64,000 bases of DNA from Macrostomum hystrix (lineage: Eukaryota; Animalia; Platyhelminthes). The translations under genes were made by a program, and so were the position numbers. Positions 62,253 through 64,000 of this stretch are shown here, piece after piece; positions within the stretch are counted from its first letter, which is position 1; each line of letters starts with the position of its first letter. Under the pieces are notes generated by a model that saw nothing but the letters and a program-made list of their open reading frames with translations, made no database searches and had not been told where the DNA came from. The stretch is from assembly GCA_950097015.1 (NCBI GenBank), contig CATNEN010000039.1:10788001-10852000 (forward strand), in the 5' to 3' direction.

Positions 62253-63025
62253 GGAAGCGGCGAAGGATGCAGCTCAGCCCAGGACTGTACGACATCAGCT
62301 GCAAAAACGGAGTCATCAGTGTGAGCGGTCGATGCAGTTCGGCATCCCAAAACTGTGTTGTTAGAACTGTTGGAACTGTTAGAACAGTTGTTAATAGAAT
62401 TGTTAGAACAGGTGTTTCAAGAACTGTTAGAACTGTTAGAACAGGTGTCGCAAGAACTGTTAGAACAGGTGTTGTAAGAACTGTGAACAGGTGTCCCTAT
62501 AACTGTAGACATGTGTTTTTATGCAAATAAATTAACGAGCTTGCTTTCATAATCAAACAGCATCAGCAGCAGCAGCAGCAGCAGCATCAACATCAGCAGC
62601 AGCAGAAGTATCAGCTGCATCAGCAGCAGCATCAGCAGCAGCAGCAGTATAAGCAAGAGCAGCAGCAGCATCAGCAACAGCAGCAGCAGTTGAACTACTA
62701 TCAAGGTCAGCAATTAAATGTCTCTAATGGAGTAGGCAGCGGTGGCGGCGGCTCAGACAGCCAAGGTAGCAGCGGCAGCGGGCGCATCGGCTGCTTGGCA
62801 GGCAACTCAAAGCCGGAATCCACCGAGTCGCCGGGGTCTACGTCTCGCCAGGAATTCGCCACAATGAGCGCGGCCGGCCTGGCCGGATGCGGCCAAATTG
62901 ACTTCGACGCCAGCGACGTTGGCGGCGGATTCCTTGAGCACCTGTCAGCGTGCGCCAGCTACCACCAACAGAGGGGATTCGGCTCCGGGGGCTGCAGTGG
63001 CTCCGGGACGAGCTACCTGCCGTGA
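58366..63025 (+). CDS. Dlx: Distal-less homeobox protein (~404 aa) with polyQ/QH tracts
   Basis: Exons 58366-58711, 59435-59664, 62147-62320, 62561-63025, phase-consistent. Homeodomain [43 protein letters not shown]|[14 protein letters not shown], with the intron at the typical Q|V position. Confidence 0.92.
58772..59326. repeat. Degenerate 21-bp and 12-bp repeats in Dlx intron 1
   Basis: (gataatcctcagttcctactt)n, then (acagtccgcag)n-type units. Confidence 0.85.
59880..61525. repeat. 26-bp array switching to an 18-bp array in Dlx intron 2
   Basis: (ctgtaacaggtaggattgatggatga)n to ~61245, then (ctgtaacaggaggtcagt)n. Confidence 0.95.
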
Positions 63026-63104
63026 GTCACGCGGACACACCTGCTCTGATCAGGTATCGACGATAAATTATCGATAAATCATGTATATCAATAAAGTGAC
63101 CTAC

Positions 63105-63343
63105 CAGTATAGGTCACTGATCAGGTACTGATATAGGTCACTGATCAGGTACTGATATAGGTCACTGATCAGGTACTGATATAGGTCACTGATCAGGTAC
63201 TGATATAGGTCACTGATCAGGTACTGATATAGGTCACTGATCAGGTACTGATATAGGTCACTGATCAGGTACTGATATAGGTCACTGATCAGGTACTGAT
63301 ATAGGTCACTGATCAGGTACTGATATAGGTCACTGATCAGGTA
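63105..63343. repeat. 24-bp tandem repeat (~10 copies) just after the Dlx AATAAA
   Basis: (aggtcactgatcaggtactgatat)n; AATAAA at ~63090. Confidence 0.93.
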
Positions 63344-64000
63344 TCTATTTTGCAAGTAAATATTTTGCTGAGCTACAATAAGCAACTAACAAACTCAAAA
63401 AATATTTATTTCAGTTTCTGAGTACCTGGACCTGGATTTAAATTATGAGAAGAAAAACTGTGTCTAGAAAATCGGACACAAAAATTGATTGAAGTTCGGG
63501 CAACGTTTTCTTGTTTCACCGTTCTACCACATTTGAGATGTCGTTAAAAATTATTCCTTAAAAGCTAGCGAGCGTCGTTACTCTTTGTCAAAACGTGAAT
63601 ATTTTTTCTTCCGACAAAATTTAGAATTCACACCATTTTTTGTCACTCGGTTAACTTATTAAAACAGATGTCGTAATCAGAAAAGTGTTTTTGTTAGACA
63701 TTGTGATTGTGATTTTTGTTTTTTGCTGTGCCGTCACAAGCGATCACTGAGTTTGCAGTCGAACGGTGCTGAGCAGTAGGACAAACTGCTCAGGACCGGA
63801 TAATAAGGGTTCCGGTAAAAGTCAAGGACCATAGACGCTATGGGAGGTTTTTATCTCGTAGTCTATGGTTAAACCTCTATTAGGCTGAAAAAACGGGATA
63901 TACAAAAGCCATGCATAGTATCGTTGAAATCGCTCACGAAATGTTCTGTTTAGAAGTCCTCAAGACATTTATTCCCTACAAATTCCAAGCAGGATATGAA

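Noticed and set aside
62200-62320. Suspected assembly frameshift in the Dlx CAG tract
   Set aside because: The frame as given joins the next exon (62561) in phase 0, so no frameshift is needed.

Overview
This is eukaryotic (animal) genomic DNA, not prokaryotic. I assembled 11 protein-coding genes by hand from GT-AG junctions with consistent phases: a septin (5' end not resolved), PSAT1, a tetraspanin, an EF-hand + dynein-light-chain (TAL-type) protein on the minus strand, an 11-exon prokaryote-like SLC6/NSS transporter, RAD6/UBE2A with an intronless CDS, a probably GPI-anchored C-type-lectin-domain protein, LIPT1, REXO4, a myristoylated NCS/recoverin-like EF-hand protein on the minus strand, and a Dlx homeobox gene. 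The TAL-type gene points to Platyhelminthes. GC-rich exons and minisatellite-filled introns fit a free-living macrostomid such as Macrostomum, but that is inference. Roughly 40% of the window (rough sum of array spans) is tandem repeat: about 30 different 8-60 bp units, nearly every one private to a single intron or intergenic gap. Most long ORFs in the supplied track are artefacts of these repeats. There is also a 476-bp MITE with an 8-bp TSD, three tRNA/CORE-like SINE remnants and an inverted satellite pair. The most interesting observations are (1) a complete TAL-family gene that the ORF track misses, (2) intronic minisatellites built from splice-signal motifs, including a tandem 9-nt-exon/33-37-nt-intron-like array in LIPT1 and a U1-5'-end-like array in the SLC6 gene, and (3) the bacterial-type NSS transporter with 10 introns.
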